Assembly (NCBI GenBank): GCA_051859245.1
Contig: JBHYGA010000005.1
Span: 32,001 to 96,000 of the forward strand
Reading direction: 5' to 3'
Length of the DNA: 64,000 nucleotides
From: Gemmatimonadaceae bacterium
Lineage (GTDB): Bacteria > Gemmatimonadota > Gemmatimonadetes > Gemmatimonadales > Gemmatimonadaceae
This document shows, piece after piece, positions 52,247 to 63,413 of the stretch. The translations under genes were made by a program, and so were the position numbers. The notes beneath the pieces were generated by a model. It was not told the DNA's origin, ran no database searches, and saw only the letters and a program-made list of their open reading frames with translations. Within the stretch, counting starts at the first letter, position 1, and every line of letters begins with the position of its first letter.

Positions 52247-53014
52247 TTAAACGAGCCGTTCAGCGAGAATCGTGGCGAGGTTGACGTACGCCTGACTGGC
52301 CGGGTCTGACGGCGTGCGCAGCACGACGGGTTGTCCGGCCGCGAATGCATCCGCCGTGGCGGGCGTACGAGGAATGCGCGTAGGAAACACCAGATGCGCC
52401 GGCAAATGCTCGCGCACGTAATGCACCACGCGCTCGGTCGCGGCGCTGCCTGGCTCAAACATGGTGAGCAACAAACCTTCGAGCACCAGTTCGTCGTTTT
52501 CGCCCACCACATCCTGAATCGCACGCAAAATTTGCGGTGTGGTTTGCAACGCCAGCGGCTCGCACTGCAGCGGCACGATCACATGCTGACTGGCCGCCAA
52601 TACTCGTCGCGTAATCGCTCCGAGTCCCGGCGGGGTATCCACTACCACCACGTGACAGCGTTCGCGCGCGGTGTCGAGCAAGTCGGCCAACACACGCGTA
52701 CCGCCAATGCGCGTTTGAAACTCACTATGGTCCGCCTGATCACTCACCGATCCGGCCAGAATCACACGCAGCCACGGCAATGCAGTGGGCAGGATCACTT
52801 CGCGCAACGAACGCTCACCGCGCAGGTAATCGTCGAAACCAACCGTGGGATGACCGCGACGCAAACCCACACCGTAGCGCACTGCACCCTGCGGATCGGT
52901 GTCGACAAGCAGCGTCTTGAGTCCACGACGCGCAAACGCCGCCGCAAGATTTACCGCTGTGGTTGTCTTTCCGACGCCACCTTTCTGACTGACAACAGAG
53001 AGAACGCGTCCCAC
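52247..53014 (-). CDS. ParA/Soj-family ATPase (orphan)
   Basis: Deviant Walker A SQKGGVGKTT, DTDPQG, DTPP; GTG start 1 nt after the TPR stop. Confidence 0.92.
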   Translation of the reverse strand: MGRVLSVVSQKGGVGKTTTAVNLAAAFARRGLKTLLVDTDPQGAVRYGVGLRRGHPTVGFDDYLRGERSLREVILPTALPWLRVILAGSVSDQADHSEFQTRIGGTRVLADLLDTARERCHVVVVDTPPGLGAITRRVLAASQHVIVPLQCEPLALQTTPQILRAIQDVVGENDELVLEGLLLTMFEPGSAATERVVHYVREHLPAHLVFPTRIPRTPATADAFAAGQPVVLRTPSDPASQAYVNLATILAERLV

Positions 53015-53015
53015 G

Positions 53016-53579
53016 CTAGCGTCCCGGTCCCGGCTCAGCCGGTCCCGAGTTGTAACCACCGCGCGACCGGTCGGCGTGTCCGTTCACCGACGGATCACTC
53101 CATTCGCTCTGTTCGTCATCGGCACCGTTGGTGTGCGTGTCATCCGGCATCGGGGCCGCGCCACTGAGTGATGCCAGGGTGCGTTCCGCGTGCGCCACAA
53201 AACGTGCAGCGTCACCGTCGCGCCGCGTGGTGCGCAGGAACGCTTCAAGATGCGCCGCGCAACCCGCCGTGTCCGCGCGCTTGAGCAACAGGAACGCCAA
53301 TCCGTAGTGCGCACCGGACAAAGCGGGTTCCAGCTCAAGCGCGCGTCGATACGCTCGAATCGCTTCTTCCGGCTGCGACGTTTTCGAAAATGCAATCGCA
53401 ATGTTCTGCAGCACTTTCGGATCATCGGGACGCTGACGAAGCGCGAGTCGATACGACGTGAGCGCGTTGGCGTAATCGCCTCGCGCTTCGAGGTCGATCG
53501 CCTCAGCGAGATAGTCTGTAGCGCGTGGAGAACCGTCGCGCTCCGAAGAGCCGCCGGTGAGGCGTTGCCACCAGGACAT
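53016..53579 (-). CDS. TPR protein
   Basis: About 3 TPR motifs (ALTSYRLAL, EAIRAYRRALEL, AHYGLA); N-terminus MSWWQRLTGG. Confidence 0.85.
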   Translation of the reverse strand: MSWWQRLTGGSSERDGSPRATDYLAEAIDLEARGDYANALTSYRLALRQRPDDPKVLQNIAIAFSKTSQPEEAIRAYRRALELEPALSGAHYGLAFLLLKRADTAGCAAHLEAFLRTTRRDGDAARFVAHAERTLASLSGAAPMPDDTHTNGADDEQSEWSDPSVNGHADRSRGGYNSGPAEPGPGR

Positions 53580-53832
53580 GCGCTCGCGCGGGGTCGGAGA
53601 AAGAAGGAACAGAAGCCAGATTGGCGCGGATGGCAAAAGTTACGCAGCGACTCTGGTTGCTACAAGCGCCGTCGAGCGCATGCAGGCCACCATTCAGGTG
53701 TGATATATCACGAAGCCGCATCTTCACCGCGTCTTCACCATGTATTCACTGGCCAGCTGAGCGCGGGACGTGTACACTCCCTCCAGCAATGCGCGCTCCC
53801 GCGCCTGATCGTTCCCGCTCTCGGAGATGCAC

Positions 53833-54360
53833 ATGACGCTGGCCGGCTATCGCCCCGATCCTTCACGTGGGGTGCTGATTGTGGACTGGCCGCTCTTCGG
53901 TGAACTCTCGCGCGCGTTGGCGCTCAAAGTGGCACGCACGTACGAACCCGAAATCGTGGTGGGCATCGCGACGGCGGGAGTGGTACCCGGCGCCGCGATT
54001 GCCGCGATCCTCGATCGGCCGTTTTACTCGATTCTCGTGAGCCGCCGTTTCAGCGCCGAGCGCGTTCGCGATACACCGGCCGTGTTTGGCGCCGCGCCGC
54101 CGGAAGTCCGCGGCAAGCGCGCACTCATCGTGGATGAGACCTGCGGCTCAGGCGACACATTGCGGCTGGCCGTGGGGGCACTCGTCAACGCGGGCGCAAA
54201 AGAAGTGCGGACCGCCGTGGGCTTCAAAACGGGCAGCTATGAGCCCGACTATCACGGGCTGGCCACCGAGAGCGCGATTGTGCTGCCCTGGGACCGCGAG
54301 ATTCTGGTGGACCGGGACCTCGTGCCGAATCCCAAGTACGCCGGTCTGCTGCCCGAATAA
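53833..54360 (+). CDS. Type I phosphoribosyltransferase (purine PRT-like)
   Basis: VVGIATAG, PRPP loop LIVDETCGSGDT, IVLPWD. Confidence 0.88.
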   Translation: MTLAGYRPDPSRGVLIVDWPLFGELSRALALKVARTYEPEIVVGIATAGVVPGAAIAAILDRPFYSILVSRRFSAERVRDTPAVFGAAPPEVRGKRALIVDETCGSGDTLRLAVGALVNAGAKEVRTAVGFKTGSYEPDYHGLATESAIVLPWDREILVDRDLVPNPKYAGLLPE

Positions 54361-54393
54361 GCGCGCGGCCGTGTCAGGCCGCGCGAACGCCGA

Positions 54394-54954
54394 TCAGCCC
54401 GTCGCGGCGCTGTTGGCGGCCCGGTCGTACGGCACGCCGCGTTCCATGGCTTCGTACACGTACTGCAGCACGTCCACACTGCCGACCAGAAAGCGGCAGC
54501 GAGCGTCGCCCTGCGAACGGCATTCCACTTCGAGCACGGCCAGCGGCGCCTCGGCGACACGGCCAAAGAATCCGGCCAGCAACCCCGTGCCGGCGTGGCA
54601 CGACGTTCCGTTGGCGGCACCATCGGGCTGCACTTCGGCCCAGTCCGCCGCGTCGAGCGCGACCACCGCGCTGCTGAGCTGCTCAACGCGCAGGCCGCCC
54701 CAGCCGGCTTCCGTGAGGAACTCCGCCATCAGCACGCCGAAGTGATCATCGGCCAACAGTTCCGCAGACGATTCACCACGATCAGCAAGCCACTGCTCGA
54801 ACGAATCGTAAAGTGACACACCGGCGGCGTACCCCGCGTCACGCAAGGCCGCGACCGGGTCAGCGTTATGCGCCGCCGAGGCGCGCAACGCGCCAAAGAA
54901 GCTGGCGGGCACGGAAACGGAGCGGGGCGTCAGAGTTGGAATCGTGCTGGTCAT
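54394..54954 (-). CDS. Stand-alone V4R domain protein
   Basis: LRDAGYAAG, AGWG, CHAGTGLLAGFF, EVECRSQGDARCRF. Confidence 0.88.
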   Translation of the reverse strand: MTSTIPTLTPRSVSVPASFFGALRASAAHNADPVAALRDAGYAAGVSLYDSFEQWLADRGESSAELLADDHFGVLMAEFLTEAGWGGLRVEQLSSAVVALDAADWAEVQPDGAANGTSCHAGTGLLAGFFGRVAEAPLAVLEVECRSQGDARCRFLVGSVDVLQYVYEAMERGVPYDRAANSAATG

Positions 54955-55103
54955 GACCGGAGCTTCACGCTGGCTGACAGAAGTGGGCCTCGCGCACGAG
55001 GCGTACGATAGGGGACGCGCGCCGCGCGGCGCCGTCACTTCGGGCGAGCCGCGGGTGAGGTGTGGTATAACAGTCCATGCCAGCAACGTAACGCCAGCCC
55101 AAT

Positions 55104-57176
<2,073 letters not shown>

Positions 57177-57315
57177 CTATGGCACTTCGTGCCGGGAGAC
57201 GGGTATAATCAGAAATCGGCGGGTGATCATTCGGTCGCTTGTCCCATTGCCTCGTGCCGGATCGGCGCCGTTCCGCATGATTCTAAACGCTGGTGCTTCT
57301 CAAGGAGACTCTCCC

Positions 57316-57648
57316 ATGCTCGAATCTTTCCGTCGTGATCGTCATCACGAATCTGAAAAGCTGCAAATCCTCGGCATCGGCTTGCTCGTTGGCGCAGTGA
57401 TCGGCGCAGCGTCCGCACTGCTGCTCGCGCCGGCTTCAGGAGAAGAGACCCGCCGCGCGCTGGCCAAGAGGGCGCGCAAGGCGTACCGGGAAGGGCATGA
57501 GCTGGTCGAAGACAAGTGGACCGACGCCGAGCGTGCCGCTCGCCGGGCTGCTCGCCTGGGCATGAAGCGCGCCCGGGTTCAGGCCGCGCGACTTCGCGCC
57601 ATGGGTGAAGACGCGGTAGAGAACGGTCGTTCACGCCTGCGCGTCTAA
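57316..57648 (+). CDS. YtxH-domain protein
   Basis: GLLVGAVIGAASALLLAPASGEETR; AAGGAG RBS; TATAAT at 57204. Confidence 0.88.
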   Translation: MLESFRRDRHHESEKLQILGIGLLVGAVIGAASALLLAPASGEETRRALAKRARKAYREGHELVEDKWTDAERAARRAARLGMKRARVQAARLRAMGEDAVENGRSRLRV

Positions 57649-57689
57649 CGCGCTGGTCAGCGATCGGCGGTCAGTGGCCGCCGATCGAC

Positions 57690-57725
57690 AAACGGGACGT
57701 GCCTCGCGGCGCGTCCCGTTTTTTT
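57690..57725 (+). terminator. Rho-independent terminator, preceded by a second 10-bp hairpin at 57661-57687
   Basis: AAACGGGACGTGCC-TCGC-GGCGCGTCCCGTTT followed by a T-run. Confidence 0.85.
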
Positions 57726-57742
57726 GTCGCATTGGCTAGCGC

Positions 57743-58525
57743 CTATCGCAGCTCCGCGAGGTCCTTCCTCGCCTCTCGCTTGTAGGCTTCGTCATTGGCA
57801 TCAAAGAGCGGCGCTTTGATCGCTGCCTCAAACGACGCGCGCGCTTTGACACGGTCACCCGAGTCGCGATACACCTGCGCGAGTGCGAGCTGGTGCACGG
57901 TGCGATTGGGTTCTGCGGCCGCCGCGCGCTCCAGCAACCGAACGGCCTCGCGCCAGCTCGCTTCGCCGAACACTTTTCCGCCCATGAACGTCTTCGCGAT
58001 CATGCGCGTCACGCCATTCAATCGCATCACCTCGGCGTGCCAACGCCCCATTACATGGAGCGCGCCCGCATGGAGCGAGTCAATCGCAATCGCACGCAGC
58101 GCGGACTCTCGCACGTCGAGCGCGTATTTCGTGCGTTCCCGTGCACTCACGGAGAGCGCCTCGCGCCCCAGCGCACGCGCCAGATGAAAGTGGCCGGCAG
58201 CGTCATTCGGATTCACGGCGATCGCCTGGCGCGCCAGTGCACCGGCTCGCTGAAACGCGGCTTTGCGACGCTTGGCATCCGTGTCGAACTCGGAGATGTC
58301 GATCAAGGTGCTCGACGTACGCCACAACGCGTGATAGTTATTGGGCGCCAGTGCAAGTGCCGCTTCAAAGTGCGTCAGCGCCACGGCCGGCTTGCGCGCA
58401 ACGATTTCCCGTTCGCCGGCCGCGAGTTCGTCAGCTACCGAACGCTGCGCCTGCGCACTGGTTACCGTCATCACACTTACAGCGATTGCTGTCAGCCACT
58501 GTCTCGCTCTCACACCGACTCTCAT
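57743..58525 (-). CDS. Secreted TPR-like protein resembling eukaryotic RMDN/FAM82
   Basis: Signal peptide (AQA-Q); ALWRTS, HFHLARALG, ALHVMGRWHAEV, TRMIAKTFMG. Confidence 0.75.
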   Translation of the reverse strand: MRVGVRARQWLTAIAVSVMTVTSAQAQRSVADELAAGEREIVARKPAVALTHFEAALALAPNNYHALWRTSSTLIDISEFDTDAKRRKAAFQRAGALARQAIAVNPNDAAGHFHLARALGREALSVSARERTKYALDVRESALRAIAIDSLHAGALHVMGRWHAEVMRLNGVTRMIAKTFMGGKVFGEASWREAVRLLERAAAAEPNRTVHQLALAQVYRDSGDRVKARASFEAAIKAPLFDANDEAYKREARKDLAELR

Positions 58526-59858
58526 GTTGGCCCGACCTCTGATTGAACGAAAGCGAGATGGTGGTCGAATCAGCGCGAGTGAATGGCGCCGACTCATGAA
58601 TGCGTACGCCGCGGGCGACATACCCGATTACCAGATGGCGGCGCTCAGCATGGCGATCTACTTTCGTGGACTCGATCGAGACGAAACCGGAGCGCTGACT
58701 GACGCGATGTTGCATTCTGGTGCGACACTGGATTTGTCGCACCTGAAACAACCGCGCATCGACAAACACTCAACAGGCGGTGTGGGCGACAAAGTTTCGC
58801 TCATTCTCGCCCCGCTTGTGGCCTCGCTCGGTGTGACCGTGCCCATGATGTCAGGTCGCGGACTCGGTCACACGGGTGGTACCCTCGACAAACTCGAGTC
58901 GATCCCCGGTTTCCGTACCGCGTTGACGCTTCCCGAAACAGTTCGGCAACTCGAAGCAATTGGATGCGCACTGATCGGACAGACCGGCGACATTGCACCG
59001 GCTGATCGGCGTTTGTACGCGCTGCGTGATGCAACTGCCACCGTGGAATCGATTCCTCTCATTGCGGCGAGCATCATGAGTAAAAAGCTCGCCGAAGGGC
59101 TGACCGGCCTGGTGTTGGATGTCAAAGTCGGCTCCGGCGCATTCCTGCCGGAGGTGGAACGCGGCCTCGAGTTGGCGCGCACCATGATTGATCTTGGCAC
59201 GGATCACGGGTGTCCAGTGATCGCCTTGCTCACCGCCATGGATCGACCGCTCGGCCGCGCGTGCGGCAACGCGCTGGAGGTTGAGGAGTGCATCATGGCG
59301 CTGCGCGGCGAAGGGCCGCCCGACCTGATGCGCGTGACGTATGCGCTCGGCGCCGAAATGCTGTTGCTCGCTGGTGTAGTGCGTGACCGCGATGACGCGC
59401 GGCGCCGGATGGAAGTGGCCATTTCGAGCGGCAAAGCGCTGGCGTGCTTTCAGCGCATCATCGAAGCCCAGGGCGGTGACCCGGCGGTGATCGAGGATCC
59501 CGGCTTACTTCCGGAAGCGCCTGAATGCGAGCTGTTCACGGCGCCCAGAAGCGGCGTGGTGGCACGAATCGACCCGCGCGCCGTGGGTCACGGGATCATT
59601 GCGCTCGGCGGCGGACGCACGCGGGTGGAAGACGTGGTCGACCCCGCCGTGGGCTTCGTGATTACGGCGCGACCGGGCGACGTGGTTCGCGCGGGCGAAC
59701 CACTCGCCACGATCTATGCGCGCGACGAGGCTGGCACGGCGGCGGGCCTAAGGGCGCTTGGTGAGGCCATTGTGATTGCGAACGAGGGTGAGCCGCCGCT
59801 TCCACTGATTTCGCATCGGGTGACCGAAGCGGGGGTGGAGTTGTACAGCGAGGGGTGA
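58524..59858 (+). CDS. deoA: Thymidine / pyrimidine-nucleoside phosphorylase
   Basis: LIERKRDG, DKHSTGGVGDK, SGRGLGHTGGTLDKLESIPG, SIMSKK. Confidence 0.96.
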   Translation: MLARPLIERKRDGGRISASEWRRLMNAYAAGDIPDYQMAALSMAIYFRGLDRDETGALTDAMLHSGATLDLSHLKQPRIDKHSTGGVGDKVSLILAPLVASLGVTVPMMSGRGLGHTGGTLDKLESIPGFRTALTLPETVRQLEAIGCALIGQTGDIAPADRRLYALRDATATVESIPLIAASIMSKKLAEGLTGLVLDVKVGSGAFLPEVERGLELARTMIDLGTDHGCPVIALLTAMDRPLGRACGNALEVEECIMALRGEGPPDLMRVTYALGAEMLLLAGVVRDRDDARRRMEVAISSGKALACFQRIIEAQGGDPAVIEDPGLLPEAPECELFTAPRSGVVARIDPRAVGHGIIALGGGRTRVEDVVDPAVGFVITARPGDVVRAGEPLATIYARDEAGTAAGLRALGEAIVIANEGEPPLPLISHRVTEAGVELYSEG

Positions 59859-59981
59859 GCCGCGCGATTACGCCCTGGGAACCAACAGACTGGGCTCCCG
59901 TCTTCGCCTGCAGCGGTGTAAACTGGTGTCATCGTTGAACGGGCCGCCGCGCCCGTTGCCTTTTTCTTCGGATCGTCTGCC

Positions 59982-60224
59982 ATGTCGCCTTCCGTCCTCC
60001 GTTTGCTCAGCCTGGTTATTGGCGGCGCCGCGTTGCCGCTCTTCGGCCTTTACGCGTTGCTCATCTCCATCTCCATTCCCAATGCAACGGGCGGTATGGA
60101 GCCGATCATGGCCACGATCTGCTACACGGCGTTCACGTGCATCTTTGGCGCGCTGATCACGGTGGCCATCAACTTCTCGCTGCAGCTGTCGCGCGAAGCA
60201 AAGGGCGCGCATCGCTTGCCGTAA
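59982..60224 (+). CDS. Small two-TM membrane protein (80 aa)
   Basis: Two hydrophobic helices; followed by a terminator. Confidence 0.65.
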   Translation: MSPSVLRLLSLVIGGAALPLFGLYALLISISIPNATGGMEPIMATICYTAFTCIFGALITVAINFSLQLSREAKGAHRLP

Positions 60225-60245
60225 GTTTTGCACGGCGAAGAAACA

Positions 60246-60284
60246 AAAACGGGCGGTCTCCATTTTGGAGACCGCCCGTTTTTT
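60246..60284. terminator. Bidirectional terminator
   Basis: AAAACGGGCGGTCTCCA-TTT-TGGAGACCGCCCGTTTT perfect stem between convergent genes. Confidence 0.9.
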
Positions 60285-60299
60285 CTTTCCGAGAGACGG

Positions 60300-61469
60300 T
60301 TACTTCGCCACGGGTTCGAGACGCACGATTGAACCAGGGCCACCGTTCTTGTCGATGGCAAGATAGATAAAGCCATCGGGTCCCTGACGTACATCGCGAA
60401 TGCGACCAACAACATCCTTGAGCAACGTTTCTTCGCTCTTGAACGTGTTGCCGTCGAGCGTGACGCGTGCGAGCTGCTGACCGGCGAGCCCACCCACGAA
60501 GATGCTGCCTTTCCACGACGGAAACTTGTCGCCGGTGTACACCATCAGCCCTGATGTCGCGATGGACGGCACCCAGTATTTCACCGGCTGTTCCATGCCC
60601 GGACGCGAACGCTCTTCGGTGATTGGCGTGCCGCTGTAGTTGATGCCGTACGTGATCACGGGCCAGCCGTAGTTCTTGCCCTTCTGCACAAGATTCAGTT
60701 CATCGCCGCCGCGCGGACCGTGTTCCACGTCGAACAGTGCGCCGGTGGTTGGATGCACGATGAGTCCCTGCGGATTGCGATGTCCGTACGACCAGATCTC
60801 CGGAAGTTTTCCTGCCTGACCAACAAACGGATTGTCGGCTGGCACGCGTCCGTCGTCATGCAACCGGTTGATCGTGCCCTGATGATTGCCCGGGTTCTGC
60901 GCGGGATGCGCCTCAAGATCTCCGCTCGGCGGCGCACCACGATCACCAACCGAGAGATAGAGGAATCCGTTGCGATCAAACGCGATGCGTCCACCAAAAT
61001 GCTGGCCCGCTGAGCTGTTGGTCTGCGCAACAAAAATTTCCTTCACGTCAACCAATGCGTTGCCTTCAAGACGTCCACGCGCGAGGACGGTGGTCGCTTT
61101 CCCGCCGTCCATCATTTTGGCGTAGGCAATGTAGATCAGCTTGTTGGTGGCAAACTGCGGATGCGGTGTGACCTCGTGCAAACCGCCCTGACCACGGCTG
61201 TGCACGGCCGGCACACCGCTGATTGGCGTGGGGTTGAGCACCCCATTCTTCACGCGACGCAATGTGCCGGCTTTTTCCGCCACCAGCATTTCGCCATCGG
61301 GGAGGAACGCGATCGAAAGTGGGAACGCGAGTTCGTCCACCACGCTGACCACTTTGAAGGAGACGTTGCCGGCCTGCTGAGTGGCTGGCAGCTGCGCGGG
61401 CGCTGGTTGTGCGGCGCAGGCGCTGAGCACCAGTCCGGCAGCGAGCGACTTGAAAACCGAAGGGGACAT
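60300..61469 (-). CDS. PQQ-dependent glucose/sorbosone dehydrogenase (YliI-like) lipoprotein
   Basis: Lipobox LSAC; GQGGL, HFGGRI, YGHRNPQG, EHGPRGGDELN, NYGWP, GRIRDV. Confidence 0.93.
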   Translation of the reverse strand: MSPSVFKSLAAGLVLSACAAQPAPAQLPATQQAGNVSFKVVSVVDELAFPLSIAFLPDGEMLVAEKAGTLRRVKNGVLNPTPISGVPAVHSRGQGGLHEVTPHPQFATNKLIYIAYAKMMDGGKATTVLARGRLEGNALVDVKEIFVAQTNSSAGQHFGGRIAFDRNGFLYLSVGDRGAPPSGDLEAHPAQNPGNHQGTINRLHDDGRVPADNPFVGQAGKLPEIWSYGHRNPQGLIVHPTTGALFDVEHGPRGGDELNLVQKGKNYGWPVITYGINYSGTPITEERSRPGMEQPVKYWVPSIATSGLMVYTGDKFPSWKGSIFVGGLAGQQLARVTLDGNTFKSEETLLKDVVGRIRDVRQGPDGFIYLAIDKNGGPGSIVRLEPVAK

Positions 61470-61557
61470 GGAACGGCCCATGGCGAGAGCGAAGAAAGGA
61501 AAGGCGATTGGACGTGCAGTAAGATAAGAAACCACCCGTGGGGAGGTGTTCCTGTGT

Positions 61558-62976
61558 TTACGGGAAAATGCCGCGCTCGTTGTAGGCGTTCGCCACCTTC
61601 TGCACGGCCGTGGCCAGGGCCGCGCTTCGGAAGTCGGCATTCTTGGCGCGTGCCAGGTCACGCATCTGGTGAAAGCCCGACACCATGGTGTCTTCGAGCC
61701 CGGAGTTCACAATGTCGAGTTCCGACGCGCCCACCGCGACCTGATCGAACACGCGCTGGTTGAATTTTGAACCGGTGAGTTCTTCTACGGCACGCAGCAG
61801 TCGTGCGTTCGACGACGCCTCGAATCGTTGCTCCATGCGACCAAATCGCACGTGCGACAGATTCTTGAGCCACTCAAAGTACGAAACGGTCACACCGCCC
61901 GAGTTCAGATACAGGTCGGGCAACTGCACAATGCCACGCTCGTTGAGAATGCGGCCTCCGTCTGCGGTGGTTGGACCGTTTGCGCCCTCGGCAACCATGC
62001 GCGCCTGTACTCGCGGTGCGTTGTCGGCGTGCAGCACATTTTCAATCGCGGCGGGCAACAGAATGTCGCACGGCCACTCCAGGCCGGCGAGTCCATCTGT
62101 ACCGGTGAGTTTGATTTCGGCGTCGAGGTCAAGCAGCGATCCGCCATTGGCGCGATGTGTATACGCGTGTTCAACATCAATGCCCGCTGCGTTGTAGATC
62201 GCGCCTTCGCGCTCCACAATGCCAACAATGCGCGCGCCATCTTCACTGAGATACTTGGCCGAGAAGTAGCCAACATTTCCGAGGCCTTGTACGACGACGG
62301 TCTTTCCATCGAGGCCGGTTGTCATCCCCAGACGCTGCATGTCGTCGGCTTGCGCAACGGCTTCGCGCAGTCCGAAATACACGCCTCGCCCTGTCGCTTC
62401 AAGACGTCCGCGTACGCCGCCAAGGGCGAGTGGCTTTCCCGTAATGCATCCTGCGGCCGACACTTCAGCGCCGGCTTTCATGGCGATGTACGTGTCAGCA
62501 ATCCACGCCACTTCGCGCGGACCGACGCCCATGTCCGGACCCGGCACATCAACGCCGGGACCAATGCAGTTCCGCTGCACGAGCTCAAACGTGTAGCGAC
62601 GAATGATGCGCTCCAACTCGCCGTCGGAATACTTGCTCTTGTCCACCCGGATCGCACCTTTGGCGCCACCAAACGGAATGTCCACGAGCGCGCACTTGTA
62701 GGTCATGAGCGCCGCAAGCGCGGTCACTTCATCTTCGTTGGCGTGCACCGACAGTCGAATACCGCCCTTGACCGGTAACCGATGCTGCGAATGATGCGCG
62801 CGCCAGCCATGAACTACTTCGATGGTGCCATCATCACGCCGCAGCGGAAAGCTGACGTGATAGACTGCGTTGCACGCCTTGATCTGCTGCAACAATCCGT
62901 CGGGCAGATTCAGCAGTGTGGCAGCCTTGTCGACATATCGATTGACCTGCTCAAAAAATTTCGGCGAAGCCGACAT
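61558..62976 (-). CDS. gdhA: Glu/Leu/Phe/Val dehydrogenase, glutamate dehydrogenase (animal-like)
   Basis: KGGIR, MTYKCA, GGAKG, GLGNVG, EGANGP, GGVTVSYFEW. Confidence 0.95.
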   Translation of the reverse strand: MSASPKFFEQVNRYVDKAATLLNLPDGLLQQIKACNAVYHVSFPLRRDDGTIEVVHGWRAHHSQHRLPVKGGIRLSVHANEDEVTALAALMTYKCALVDIPFGGAKGAIRVDKSKYSDGELERIIRRYTFELVQRNCIGPGVDVPGPDMGVGPREVAWIADTYIAMKAGAEVSAAGCITGKPLALGGVRGRLEATGRGVYFGLREAVAQADDMQRLGMTTGLDGKTVVVQGLGNVGYFSAKYLSEDGARIVGIVEREGAIYNAAGIDVEHAYTHRANGGSLLDLDAEIKLTGTDGLAGLEWPCDILLPAAIENVLHADNAPRVQARMVAEGANGPTTADGGRILNERGIVQLPDLYLNSGGVTVSYFEWLKNLSHVRFGRMEQRFEASSNARLLRAVEELTGSKFNQRVFDQVAVGASELDIVNSGLEDTMVSGFHQMRDLARAKNADFRSAALATAVQKVANAYNERGIFP

Positions 62977-63059
62977 AATTCGGGGAGTCAGAGGTGATGT
63001 CGCGCCGCTGGCCTACGGCGCCTGCGCGGAATGTCTGTTCGGCGCCGTGCTCGGGCAAG

Positions 63060-63113
63060 CGTTTGGGGTGCGGGTTGGGGTGCGCGTTGGGGAGCGCGTT
63101 GGGGTGTGCGTTG
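63060..63113. repeat. Degenerate 12-bp tandem repeat (GTTGGGGTGCGC x ~4)
   Basis: Read directly from the sequence. Confidence 0.8.
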
Positions 63114-63150
63114 GAGATCGCGCCGGGGGCGCGACACGCCCACACCCGTT

Positions 63151-63314
63151 CGCGGCTCAACGGCTTCGCCGACAGCCACTCGCGCCACTCGCGCCACCGT
63201 CGTTGTGGCGCCGCGTCTCGCCCCCGCCTGCCGATGGTCGCAGGAGCCCCACCCCGTGCGTTTTCGCGGCTGTCGGCGAAGCCGTTGAGCCGCGCAAACG
63301 CAGGGGGTGGGGCG
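63151..63314. repeat. REP-like element: perfect 27-bp inverted repeat with nested hairpin
   Basis: CGCGGCTCAACGGCTTCGCCGACAGCC (63151-63177) against its reverse complement (63268-63294); the right copy sits inside a second hairpin (63246-63314). Confidence 0.88.
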
Positions 63315-63358
63315 ACCCCCGCACCAAAAGCACAGGGGCGAGCCCCGCAGCCAAACGC

Positions 63359-63391
63359 AAACGGGCCCGACTCGCGAAGAATCGGGCCCGT
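63359..63391 (-). terminator. Probable gyrB terminator
   Basis: ACGGGCCCGA...TCGGGCCCGT stem then TTTGCGTTT on the minus strand, just after the gyrB stop. Confidence 0.7.
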
Positions 63392-63413
63392 CGCGCCTAC
63401 GCAAACGCGCAAA

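Noticed and set aside
55061..55071. TGTGGTATAAC as an antisense promoter into ligA
   Set aside because: A single short motif that can equally be read as part of the minus-strand V4R promoter; unsupported without TSS data
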